The notes beneath the pieces are model-generated. The model was not told where the DNA came from. It made no database searches and was given only the letters and a program-made list of their open reading frames with translations. Below, in pieces: positions 12,101-22,584 of a stretch of DNA of 64,000 nucleotides (its first letter is position 1; every line of letters starts with the position of its first letter). The position numbers and the translations under genes were made by a program. The DNA comes from Squalus acanthias (taxonomy: Eukaryota), in NCBI GenBank assembly GCA_030390025.1, contig CM059431.1, forward strand, positions 150,786,001 through 150,850,000, read 5' to 3'.

Positions 12101-14354
12101 GTGAGTTCACTGGAGAGGGTGCAGAGATAATTTACGAGGATATTGCCAGGAGTGGAGAATGTTAGCTATGAGGAAAGACTGGATAGGCGGGTTTGTTTTC
12201 TTTAGAACAGAGGCGGCAGATGGGAGACTAAATTGAAGTGTATTAAATTATGAGGGGCCTAGATAGATTCGATAAGAAGGACCTATTTCCCATAGCAGAG
12301 CGGTCAATAACGAGGGGGCATAGATTTGAAGTAATTGGCAGAAGGATTAGAGGGAATTGAGGAGAACTTTTTTCAGCCAGAGGGTGGCGGGGGTCTGGAA
12401 GTCACTGCCTGATAGGGTGGCGGGGGTCTGGAACTCACTGCCTGAAAGGGTGGCGGGGGTCTGGAACTCACTGCCTGATAGGGTGGCGGGGGTCTGGAAC
12501 TCACTGCATGAAAGGGTGGCGGGGGTCTGGAACTCACTGCCTGATAGGGTGGCGGGGGTGTGGAACTCACTGCCTGAAAGGGTGGCGGGGGTCTGGAACT
12601 CACTGCCTGATAGGGTGGCGGGGGTCTGGAAGTCACTGCCTGAAAGGTTGGCGGGGGTCTGGAACTCACTGCCTGAAAGGGTGGCGGGGGTCTGGGCGTT
12701 AGGAGAGAAAGACTCGGGGGAAATGGAACGTTCTTGTTTGGCGGGATGTGACAAGTGGAGTTCACCAGGGATCTTTAATGGGACGTCAGCTTTTCACCAC
12801 ATATATTAATGACATGGATAAAGGATTATGGGGGCTGAATTGTTCGTGGGTGGTAGTACAAAACGTGCGATTGCGAATCGGCAGCCTGTTGGCTCTCAAT
12901 TATCTTTGCCATTGAAGTCAACAGTAAACAAAATCCGGCAGCCTGAAAAGTGGGCTGCCGATTAGGTATCGCCCGTTTTGCGTTGCAGCCCAAGACCAAT
13001 TTCAGCCTCAGAGAGTTGCAAATCAAAGTTGCTGGAGGAAATAATTAGCTCCAGAAGAATTCTGACACCAAAGTCCATAAAATGATGATTGACATAACGC
13101 GTTTCCTTGTAGGGAGGCATATTCATTAGATAAATGGTTGGGAAGGACCAAACCTTCTATTATAAAGTATAATGGACCTAAAATTGCGGTCGGAGGCTTC
13201 ACGCGGGCGAATACCTCCGATCCGCAAGAAAAGTACGCACCTACCTGGTCCTTCCATATCTTCCAACTCTTGCAGTCCTGGGCCTGCAGGCCTACGCCTG
13301 CGTAAAGGCCCATGCATCCCAGGAGCGCACGCGGTTCGCAAGCGTCCCTGGGATCACGTGGGCCAGTCCAACCAATCACAAAAAAGATTCCCATTATGCT
13401 CTGGGGTTTCCATTTACGCACGGAATCCGCATAAGCATATTAGGAATTAAATAAAAACACACTTTCGCACAACCTAAATAAAAATAAAAAAACACTTGCT
13501 TCAATTTAATAAAGATACAATTCAATTAAACATTTAAAACAGCAATGTAATTTTTTGAAAAATAAACTTAAACATTTTTAAAGGGGCCAAAAATAACCTC
13601 ACTTAATTTTAAAGATTTTTGAAGGTTTAAATGATTTTAAAAATAATATTTTAATATTTATTTTCACCCTTACGCTTGTAAAGTTAGGGCCTTCGCCTAC
13701 TTTTACCAGGCATAAGTGTTTCGTGGACATTCGCTGGGCAGTAGTCGGGCAAATAGCCCAACTCGCTGCCAGCAAAAGACCACTTCCTGCGCATGTGGAT
13801 GATCTGTCCAGCTGAAACTTGACAGGTTGCAAGGTTTGGGTTTGCTTGCATGCATAGCGCACGCGGAAACCCGGAACTTACGGGGCACCTACGACCGCGT
13901 ACGCTCTGCGTTCGTAGTCATAGGCCCCATTAGATCCGGGCCATAAAGTGTCACAACATGTACCTGTGTTTCTCTTTACTTCCGGAGTTGGCTTGGTTTG
14001 ATCCTGATCGGCATGCTCAGCTCTGGAGCACTTCAAACTTAATACATCCGGGCTATCTGCTGAGGCTGCCCCTGGGATCAACGTTGCTCCGAGATGATGA
14101 GAGATTGCATCGTTTGATAGAGCAGCTCCAGGATTTGTGAGTGAGAACAGGCCTGTGACGGATTCCACTGCTACAAGTGTCTGGTTTTCTTTTAAGGTCA
14201 TATGCTGATATTTACAACATATGTAATTTAACACTGTTCTTAAGCAACTGCAGTTTCCATCACTTCTGGTGACAGCTTGCTCCGGTTGTCTATTGCTGAC
14301 TTCAGCGGTGTAGATTGTAGAGTCCATGTTTTTGGCTGTTTCCATACTCGTCAT
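6022..14354 (-). CDS. NLR-family (NLRC3/NLRP-like) protein lacking the NACHT nucleotide-binding subdomain; join(complement 13964-14354, 11232-11297, 9161-10232, 7671-7757, 6688-6858, 6358-6525, 6022-6109), 2043 nt, 680 aa
   Basis: Seven exons join in frame with consistent phases (1,1,2,2,2,2). All acceptors are AG; donors are GT except one GC. HD1/WHD/HD2 motifs and RI-type LRRs are present; TGA at 6022-6024; AATAAA at 5979-5984. The start codon and first exon are the least certain part. Confidence 0.8.
6358..6525 (-). CDS. NLR gene 168-nt LRR exon (LDYNGLTDACAEDLASSV...CSGLKWI)
   Basis: Acceptor TATAG|A, donor CAG|GTGAGT; phase 2-2; open frame. Confidence 0.9.
6688..6858 (-). CDS. NLR gene 171-nt LRR exon (LWDNQLTDVCAEHLASAL...DPDCKITIL)
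   Basis: ORF 6627-6899; 171 nt is the usual two-LRR exon size; acceptor GATGCAG|G; donor reads AG|GCAGGA (GC). Confidence 0.88.
6990..7442 (+). mobile_element. tRNA-derived Deu-domain SINE (SacSINE1-like), followed by an inverted partial copy at about 7445-7590
   Basis: TGTCGGAGGTGCCG...GAGACGTTAAACCGAGG core and ...GCAAGTCTTTCTTT tail. Confidence 0.75.
7671..7757 (-). CDS. NLR gene 87-nt LRR exon (LNENKLSDSASEGFFAALSRPDCKIQTL)
   Basis: Acceptor TCTCTTTCTAG|G, donor GA|GTAAGG; phase 2-2; RI-type LRR. Confidence 0.9.
8748..8962 (+). mobile_element. Deu-domain SINE 3' part
   Basis: Matches 7255-7440; tail GGCGCTATATAAATGCAAGTCTTT. Confidence 0.7.
9161..10232 (-). CDS. NLR gene large exon: NACHT-associated HD1, WHD, HD2 and first LRR
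   Basis: ORF 9010-10230 contains EKKEYF, LCANPSNCAIVC (HD1), LLKMGELAYEG, FLHPPVQHFIA (WHD), FLRFLFGL, HLYEYQN and LSPMDCAAV. Acceptor CATTTAG|AC; donor CTGAG|GTATGG. Confidence 0.92.
10420..11030 (-). mobile_element. LINE ORF2 C-terminus and 3' UTR (CR1-group), intronic
   Basis: ORF 10462-10917: MEYSPL...LDTIQDKAARLI...SFIVAGSKSWNSLP. Confidence 0.85.
11232..11297 (-). CDS. NLR gene 66-nt linker exon (DANHPLPSVQITLAGEEPDHLK)
   Basis: Acceptor TTTCCTTTAG|AT, donor AAGG|GTAAGT; symmetric phase 1-1; open frame. Confidence 0.7.
11665..12695 (+). mobile_element. CR1 LINE RT/C-terminal fragment, intronic
   Basis: KFADDAK, PQLEYCVHFWSP, LERVQR. Confidence 0.9.
12381..12695 (+). repeat. 33-bp tandem repeat AGGGTGGCGGGGGTCTGGAACTCACTGCCTGA(T/A), about 9.5 copies
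   Basis: Units start at 12381+33n; translates as RVAGVWNSLP(D/E). Confidence 0.97.
12830..13008. mobile_element. Short MITE-like element
   Basis: Termini GGGGCTGAATTG ... CAATTTCAGCC; internal inverted AATCGGCAGCC/GGCTGCCGATT. Confidence 0.45.
13174..13928 (-). mobile_element. Hairpin-rich non-autonomous DNA transposon (Harbinger/MITE-like family), copy 1
   Basis: GC-rich palindromic ends and AT-rich centre; homologous to 31395-31983 and 38784-40203. Confidence 0.6.
13964..14354 (-). CDS. NLR gene putative first coding exon (MTSMETAK...EVKRNT), low-complexity N-terminus
   Basis: ORF 13878-14354; donor CAG|GTACAT at 13964/13963 (phase 1); strong upstream acceptor TTTTTTTCTCTTACCAG|G at 14651; in-frame stop near 14490. 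Confidence 0.55.
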
Positions 14355-14698
14355 CGTTTTGCACCCTACTGATCTTTGATTTGATGTATATTCGCCGTTC
14401 CTTGTTAAGATGGAATTGATGCGGCTGGAAGCACAGTCTGGATATTGTTTGATCTTATCATTCCTCCCTCTCCCTGTGGATTCAGTCCATCACATGAGGG
14501 GATCACTGCGTTCCCATTACAAAATTAAGCTGTGCCTCATGATACCACCTTCAAAACCTCAGAATTGAATTTTTAATTGTCCTGTTCATAGGTAAATCAT
14601 TTTCTCTTCCTGCAGGAGCTGTAGGCGAATGTTTCGAATCAAGTTAATTTCCTGGTAAGAGAAAAAAACAAGGATATACAGTCTTCCAAACATTCTTA

Positions 14699-15275
14699 AG
14701 GTGTTGCTATGGGAACCTGCATGGGTCATCGACCTGAAACGTTAACTCTCTTTCTCTCTCCACAGATGCTGCCTGGCCTGCTGAGTTTTTCCAGCGTTTT
14801 CTGTTGTTATTTGGGTCCTATCTATGTCTGCCTTTTCGTGGGATATGTGGAACATTGTTTGTTCCAGTCCTACTCATGTCCCCTCCCTCAGCTCTTTTTG
14901 CGGTACATTGATGACTGTATCGGTGCTGTTTCCTGCTCTCGCCCTGAACTAGAAAATGTAATTCACTTTGCTTCCAATTTCCACCCGTCCCTCACATTCA
15001 CATGGTCCATCTCCCACTCTTCCCTTCCCTTCCTCGACTTATCTCTCTCCATTTATGGGGATACGCTATCGACAAACATCCATTATAAGCCCACTGACTC
15101 CCACAGCTACCTGGACAACACTTCCTTCCATCCCGCTTCCTGTAAGAAAAAGGTAATCGATCTGAAAAGTAAACTCTGTTTCTCTCTCCACAGATGCTGC
15201 CTGACCTGAGTATTTCCAGCATTTTCTGTTTTTTGTTCAGATTTCCAACATCCACAGTACATTGCTGTTGTATTC
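14699..15275 (+). mobile_element. Penelope-like element: RT fragment plus pseudo-LTR pieces
   Basis: GVAMGTCMG...LFVGYVE...FLRYIDDC...LPFLDL...HYKPTDSHSYL...HP; pLTR-like GAAACGTTAACTCT...CCACAGATGCTGCC at 14727-14811 and 15146-15275. Confidence 0.85.
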
Positions 15276-15469
15276 TTATTTCCCCGGCTCATTATGGAAT
15301 AATTTCAGAAAAAGTTCCAATCAGCATAATTTGAGAGAAGTCAATCCCTCACAATAACCAAATAACTTTTTGCTGTGGTAGATTCAAAATAATAACAAAA
15401 ACAACAATAATAAAATCATGAATATTATTTATTATCAGCATTTTTGTTTAACGTTATCAGGTTGCATAC

Positions 15470-16870
15470 ATAGAGAGAAAGTGGGGAATTACAGACCGGT
15501 AAGCCTGACATCGGTAGTGGGGAAAATGCTAGAGTCCATTATAAAGATTGTAATAGCTGAGCTCTTGAAATACAGTGACAGGATCGGACAAAGTCAACAT
15601 GGATATACAAAAGGTAAATCGTGCTTGACTAATCTACTGGAATTTTTTGAGGATGTACCAGGGAAAATAGATAAAGGAGAACCAGTAGATGTGGTGTATT
15701 TGGACTTTCAAAAGGCTTTCGATAAGGTCACGCATAAGAGATTAGCGTGTAAAGTTAAGGCACATGGGATTAGGGGCAAGGTATTGACTTGGATAGAGAA
15801 CTGGTTGGCGGACAGAAAGCAAAGAGTAGGAATTAATGGCTCTTTTTTCCGAGTGGCAAGCAGGGATCGGTCCATGGACCCCAGCTATTCACAATATACA
15901 TTAATGATCTAGATCAGGGAACTAAATGTAATATATCCAAGTTTGCAGATGACACAAAGCTGGGTGGCAGTGTGTGCTGCGAGGAGGATACTGAGAAACT
16001 CCAGGATGATTTGGACAGGTTGGGTGAGTGGGTAGAAGCGTGGCAGATGCAATATAACGTGGATAAATGCGAGGTTATCCACTTTGGTGTCAAAAACAGA
16101 AAGGCACACTATTATCTGAATGGCAATAGATTGGGAGAAGGGAAAGTGCAACGAGACCTGGGTGTCCTTGTGCACCAGTCGCTGAAGGTAAGCATGCAGG
16201 TGCAGCAGGCGGTGAAGAAGGCATTGGTTTGTTGGCCTTCATAGCGAAAGGTTTTGAGTATAGGAACAGGGATGTCATGCTGCAGTTGTACAGGGCCTTT
16301 TTGAGACCACACCTTGAGTACTGTGTGCAGTTTTGGTCGCCTTATCTGAGGATGGATGTTCTTGCCATGGAAGGAGTTCAGCGAAGATTCACAAGGCTCA
16401 TACCTGGGATGGCAGTAATGACATATGAGGAGAGATTGGGTCGATTGGGCTTATACTCGCTGGAGTATAGAAGAATGAGAGGGGATCTCATCGAAACATA
16501 TAAAATTCTGACAAGTCTGGACAGACTGGATGCAGGAAGAATGTTCCCGATGGTCGGAGCGTCCAGAACCAGGGGTCATAATCTAAGGATAAGGGATAAG
16601 CCATTTAGGACAGAAATGAGGAAGAATTTCTTCACCCAGAGAGTGGTGAACCTGTGGAATTCTCTACCACAGAAGGTAGTTGAGGCCAAGTCATTAAATA
16701 TATTCAAGAATGAGTTAGATATATTTCTTAAATCTAAAGGTATCAAGGGATATGGGGAGAAGACAGGTACAGGTTACTGAGTTTGGATGATCAGCCATGA
16801 TCTCATCGAATGGCGGAGCAGGCTCGAGGGGCCGAATGGCCTACTCCTGCTCCTATCTTCTATGTTTCTA
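15470..16870 (+). mobile_element. CR1 LINE RT and 3' end
   Basis: NYRPVSLTS, YLDFQKAFD, FADD, PHLEYC; 3' tail. Confidence 0.93.
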
Positions 16871-17254
16871 TATTACAGTGTCTTTTTAAATTTAAAATGT
16901 CAATTTTATTTTGCTTTATTAAACAAAGAAACATGGTGCCGTATTATAAGTGTATTTTACTCGGTACCAATCGTAGGTAGCCAGACGAGAATCCATGTTA
17001 AAACATAGGGTGTAAAATTGGTCTTTGGCGCTAGCGATATGGTATATATAGTGATATGTTGCAAGCACTGATACGGTGCAATTCATGCTCATAATTCCTG
17101 CCTTACGTTATCTGTCAGCACAAAATATAGGGCAACATTCAGAATGTTGCCCTATGTCTTTGCAGTAGATCAGTTCTATGGCGTATGACTTATGAGAAGT
17201 AAAATAATGAAGCGTACAAGAATACTCTCACCTTAAAATATCATAAACACTTGG

Positions 17255-17680
17255 CGAATTAGGGTTACGGTAGAATAGTGATTATGTTACTGGACTAATA
17301 ATCCGGAGGCCTGGTCCAATTAATCGAGAGACATGAGTTCATAATCCCACACGCCAATTGTGTCATTCAATTGACGAAATAAATCTGGAAAATAAAAGTA
17401 GTATCAGTAATGATGTCCATGAAACTACCGGATTGTCGTAAAAACCCATCTGGTTCACTAATGTCCTTTAGGGAAGGAAATCTGCTGTCCTTACCTGGTC
17501 TGGCTTATATGTGATTCCAGACCTACAGCAACGTGGCTGTCTCTTAACTGCCCTCTGAAATGGCCTAGCAAGAAGCTCAGTTGTATTCATCCCCACCCTC
17601 TCAATGGCAATTAGGGATGCGTAATAAATGCTTGCCTTGACATCGATTTCCACATCCCACGAATGAATAAAAATAAAGTA
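17255..17680 (+). mobile_element. tRNA-headed SINE whose tail matches the LINEs at 2233 and 10420
   Basis: Degenerate A/B-box head; tail CTCAATGGCAATTAGGGATG...CACATCCCACGAATGAATAAAAA. Confidence 0.65.
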
Positions 17681-18097
17681 CATTTCTATAATTCCGCTCC
17701 TTGTTTTTCAGTCCACCAATTAGGTGTTGCCCAGTTCTTCAGGACAAGAAATATATTTCATTGTGCACTCGCTACATAAACATTCAATATTCGGGAGATA
17801 AATAAATCAGAGCAACAGTGTATAATCAATGTAAATATACCGAAGATTGCAGATCAGCAGTATGATTAATCTTATGAACCATCCCCTGGGCGGAGTGCAG
17901 AGAGGACAATTTGGTGGGCAGGATCATACGGCGGTAACCGAGTCCGACTGAACTCCCTTTCACTTAAATTTAATGGAAGGAAATTCAGGCTTGTTCTGGA
18001 AGGGGCGCCAGAATCTTCCCCCAGATATTTTCGCTAAGCATTCCATCGAATTGATGTTTAAGTCGCAAGCGGTAAAGGCGAACTCCTACTCCATTAT

Positions 18098-20110
18098 TCA
18101 TAAGAACAAAAGAATTAGGAGCAGGAGTTGTCCATACGGCCCCTCGAGCTTGCTCCCCCATTCGATAAGACCATGGCTGATCATCGACTTCAACTCCACT
18201 TTCCCGCCCGAGCTCCATATCCTTTGATTCCCCTAGAGTCCAAATATCTATCTATATCTGCATTGATTGTAAGATTCAACATCCAACTCCCTCTGGGGCA
18301 GAGAATTCAAAAGATTCTGAACACACCGTGTGAAGAAATTACTTCTGATCTCAGTCTTAAATGTCCGAACCATTAGTCTGTGAATATGCCCCCTAGTTCT
18401 AGAGTCTCCATCCAGGTGAAACAAGCTCTCAGCATCTACCCTTTCAATCCCCCTCAGAATCCAATATGTTTTAGTGAGATCCCCTCATTCTTCTAAACTC
18501 CAGAGAATATAGGCCCAATCTACTCAATCTCGCCTCATAGGGCATACCTCTCATCCCAAGATTCAATCTACTGAACCTTCGTTGTACCGTCTCTACGGCA
18601 AGTATATCCTTCCTCAGATAAGGAGATCCAAACTGTGCACAGTACTCCAGGTGTGGTCTCATGAAAGCCTTGTACAATTGCAGCAAAACTTCCTTACTCT
18701 TATACTCCAACCCCCTTGCATTAAAGGCCAACATCCCATTTGACTTCCTAAATCCTTGCTGTATCTGCCTGCTAACTCTCTGTGTTTCCTGTACGGGGTC
18801 ACCTAACTTTCTCTGTATGTGAAGGCACTTGGGGAGGTGCAGATGGGACTTACAAGAATGGTTCTGGGGATGGGGGTTTGTAGCTATAAGTACAGGTTGG
18901 AGAAGCAGGATTTATTTTCATTAGAGCAAAGGAAATTGAGGGGTGATTTGATAGAAGTGTACAAGATTATTACGGCTTTGAAAAGGCTAGACAGCGAAAG
19001 TCTGTTCCCACTCGTTGATGGTACAAGCACTAGGGGACACCGATTTAAGGTTTTGGGCAAGAGATACAGGGGGTTTGTGAGTAAAAACTTTTTTACGTCG
19101 CGAGTGGTGAGGACCTGGAACTCGCTGCTGACGGACATGGTGGAAGCGGAGGCATTCAATATTTTCAAGAGGGGACTGGATAGGCACTTGAGGGAAATAA
19201 ACTTGCAGGGCTACGGGGATAGAGCGGGGGAATGGGACTGACTGGATTACTCTACAGAGATCCGGCACGGTCTCGATGTGCCGAATGGCCTCCTTCTGTG
19301 CCGTTATGACTCTTTGACTCTGTGCCATTGAATAGTTTCTCACCATCCAAAAATGTTCTGTTTTTCTATTCTTCCTAACAATGTGAATAACCTCACATTT
19401 CCCCACATTATACTATTCTGACACCTTATTGTCCGCTCACTTGACCTGTCTATATCCGGCTATTAAAAACCCGTATGGGAACCTTGGCTTTATTAATAGA
19501 GGAGTAGAGTACAATTGCACGAAAGTTATGCTACAGAGTTAGAAAACGCTGCTTAGGCCTCAGATGCATTATTGTGTTCAATTCAGGACACCATATTTTA
19601 GGAAGAATCGCAAGGCCTTGGAGAAGTTGCAGAAGAGATTTGCTAAAATGTTATCAGGATGAGGGACTTTAGTTATGTGGAGAGACTGGAGGAGCTGGGT
19701 TTGTTCTCCTTGGAGCAAAGAAGGTTAAGAGGTTTGATGGAGGTGTTTAAAATCATGAATGCTTTTGATAGAGTTAATATGGAGAAACTGTTTCCAGTGG
19801 CAGAAGAGTCAGCAACCAGAGGACACAGATTTCTGGTAAATAGCAAAAGATCCAGGGGCGACAGGAGGAAACATATTTTTACAGAGCGCGCTGTGATCTG
19901 GAATGCGCTGCCTGAACTGGTGTTGGAAGCAGATTCAATAGTAACATTCAAAAAAGAATTGGATACATATTTGCAGAGAGAAAAAATCATAGGGCTATGG
20001 GGAAAGAGCAGGGCAGTCAAATTAATTGGATAATTCTACCAGAGAGCAGGCACGGGCACGATGGGCCGAATCGCCTCCTTCTGTGCTGTATTATTCTATG
20101 ATTCTACGAT
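18098..20110. mobile_element. Cluster of CR1 fragments: minus 18098-18815 and 19325-19460, plus 18816-19324, plus 19460-20110
   Basis: ORFs 18471-18734(-), 18819-19241(+) and 19659-20033(+) carry CR1 C-terminal motifs and tails. Confidence 0.88.
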
Positions 20111-22584
20111 ATCAACTCCTTAATCATCTTAAAAATCTCAATTAGATCACCTCTTTAATCTTCCATAAGAGAGGGTATACAAACCTAGTCTGTGCATACT
20201 TTTCTCAAAATGTAACCCTCTTCGCCCCGGAATCGTTCAGCTGAATCTGTGCTGCACTGCATTTCGAGTCTACCTTGTTTTGAAAAATTTCAACATCTAC
20301 TTCTAAAGCTCAGTGAACGTTATAACATCTGAGTTAATTTGATACTTCGGCCTTGAAACTTTTCCCTGTGAAAATTTCCATGGAAATTGTAAGGTTCAAC
20401 CAGAGCGGACTCTGCTGCAATGCCCCCTTCCCCCCACCGTCCAATTGCCTTTTTACTCTGGTTGCCTACCTTCACATTTAAAAGCTAACCACTTGAGGAA
20501 GATATCTTTGCTAAGATATCAAATACCACACTCGGCAAGTGTCAGGAGATTAACTAAAGGGACTACAAATGAAGGAAAGAGGCGCCGTTCAATTTGCGTT
20601 ACTGTGGACTCAGCGGTCACCAGAGGTGGATAATTGAAAAATGCGTCATTTCACCCCGATTGCGGGAGCACAGAAATGATTTATATTACCTCATGTGTGT
20701 ACCTTAAAGAGTCGTTCACTAGATATTATGCCTACTCGACTTGCTTAACTATTCTCTAAAACTCTGGGCCGAGCAGCGACATATGCCTCAACACGACTGA
20801 CAGCTGCAGCTTAGTCCTGTTCCAATCCGATGATGTCATGTTAAAACCAGCGACCGACTCAAATGGCCTATTGATTCTATAAATACCGCTCGTCCCTGGT
20901 TCAGCCCATTCCAAAGGTTGAACAGCGGGGCACAACTCGGATACAAAATCTCTGGAGACTACAGCTGCACAAAGAATATATCCTTACCGATCAGGCAGCG
21001 AGCATTGCGAGACTTTCTGTATCTCACTGCTACCAAGCAAAGAAACTAGAAGCCAGAATCACCGTCATTCATTTTCACGTAAATCATTTTCGAGTTTGAC
21101 TGGCTTCAAACCTGTCAGTTTTAATCATTTTCCTATTTGTCTTTGTTATCCCTTACCATACTCTGCCTTCCTGATTGTGTTTCCACTGTTTCAAGTTCGC
21201 ACTTTACCGTGTCTAAGATTAGATACAGACACACCTTGATCAAAGGTCGCCTGCATGTGACTGGAAAAGACGTTAGATAATGGAAATCAATTATTAGCCC
21301 ATGAATGCCTTGCTATGACAATGGACGCGTTTGTTCATTTCCCCATACAGATGAACAATACTTCCAGAACGGGTGGTGGAAGCAGATTCAATAGTAACAT
21401 TCAAAAGAGAATTGGCTATGTATTAGAAGTGAGCAAATTGCAGGGCTATGTGGAAAGAGCAGGGGATTGGGACTAATTGGATAGCTCTATCAAAGATCTG
21501 AATAGGCAGAATGACCGCATTCTCTGCTGTAAGATTCTATGATGAATCATATATGCCACGATATGATGTTACTTATTATTGGCACTGAATTATGTTTCAG
21601 AAATTGCATTCCATTCCTTTACCGTGTATGCAATAAGCTTTTCACACATTTCCGAGGTGCTTATAATGCTGTAATGGTGTTTTTAACATTATCAAAAGCG
21701 GATCCTTCAGCAGCTCTGGATTAAAATCAACTGAGCATTGGTCACCTTACGTTCAGTGTCATGATCTTGTCTAACAGTTTGCATTAAGATAAATGAAACA
21801 TTCTGCTGAGGTATCGAAAAGTTATTATTTTCTCAGTCGCTCCAGTGTGCGCCCCTTTAGATAGCACAAATCCACACCATGTCACCACGATGGACGCTGT
21901 TGCCTTGTGAGTCCAGTTCTGTTAACATCTGCGGGCATTCGACCGTGGTGGGCATCAGAGTTGAGCCCAGCATTCATAGAGGTGCATTTTCCAGCAAGGG
22001 GACTGGATCAGCATTTATTGAAGGGATATTGAGGGGGAATTGTCTTTTTGTACGAGAGGGTAAGACGGGTATTAGCGAGTCGACGACCCGCTTTACATCT
22101 CTCCGGATTTTTTTGTTTACATTTAAGTCTTCGGAAGAGATGTATAGCAGGCTGCTATTTCGCTACCGCTCATCATACGCTATCGCACAGTCAAAATTAC
22201 ACCCACTAAGTATTTCCCTTCCAAAGGTCAATACGAGATAGCCCAATTGTAGCTTTCAAAACTTTGGATTCGGATCAGTGTTGTAATTAAGTAACAACCA
22301 TCTTTTTTGGCGATGTTCCATTTCTAGGTCATGCCTTATCATTACATAAACCAAATCAGACTGCCTGACTGCTCACCCAGACACACAGCTAGACGTTCGA
22401 GTTAATTCCGGACCTCGGCCAATAAAACCAATTCGAGCTTTTCCAGAACGCACATCCGCTTTGTCTTCGGTTAATGTATATGGAAATCGAGGAGGGTAGT
22501 GCTGCGAGTGTGCAATCCTATTGGCCAGATTTTACTCACTGCGCCCTGAGCAGGCAATTCCTAGCGGCCAAGCGGTAAATAATA

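Noticed and set aside
12347..12809. Repeat-protein ORFs or a CRISPR-like array
   Set aside because: Spacer-less 33-bp tandem repeat derived from CR1; eukaryotic context, no cas genes.
21860..22370. 120-aa plus ORF; minus frame of about 170 codons with 3 stops and an AYDER string vaguely like DIRS gag
   Set aside because: No convincing motif or splice support on either strand.
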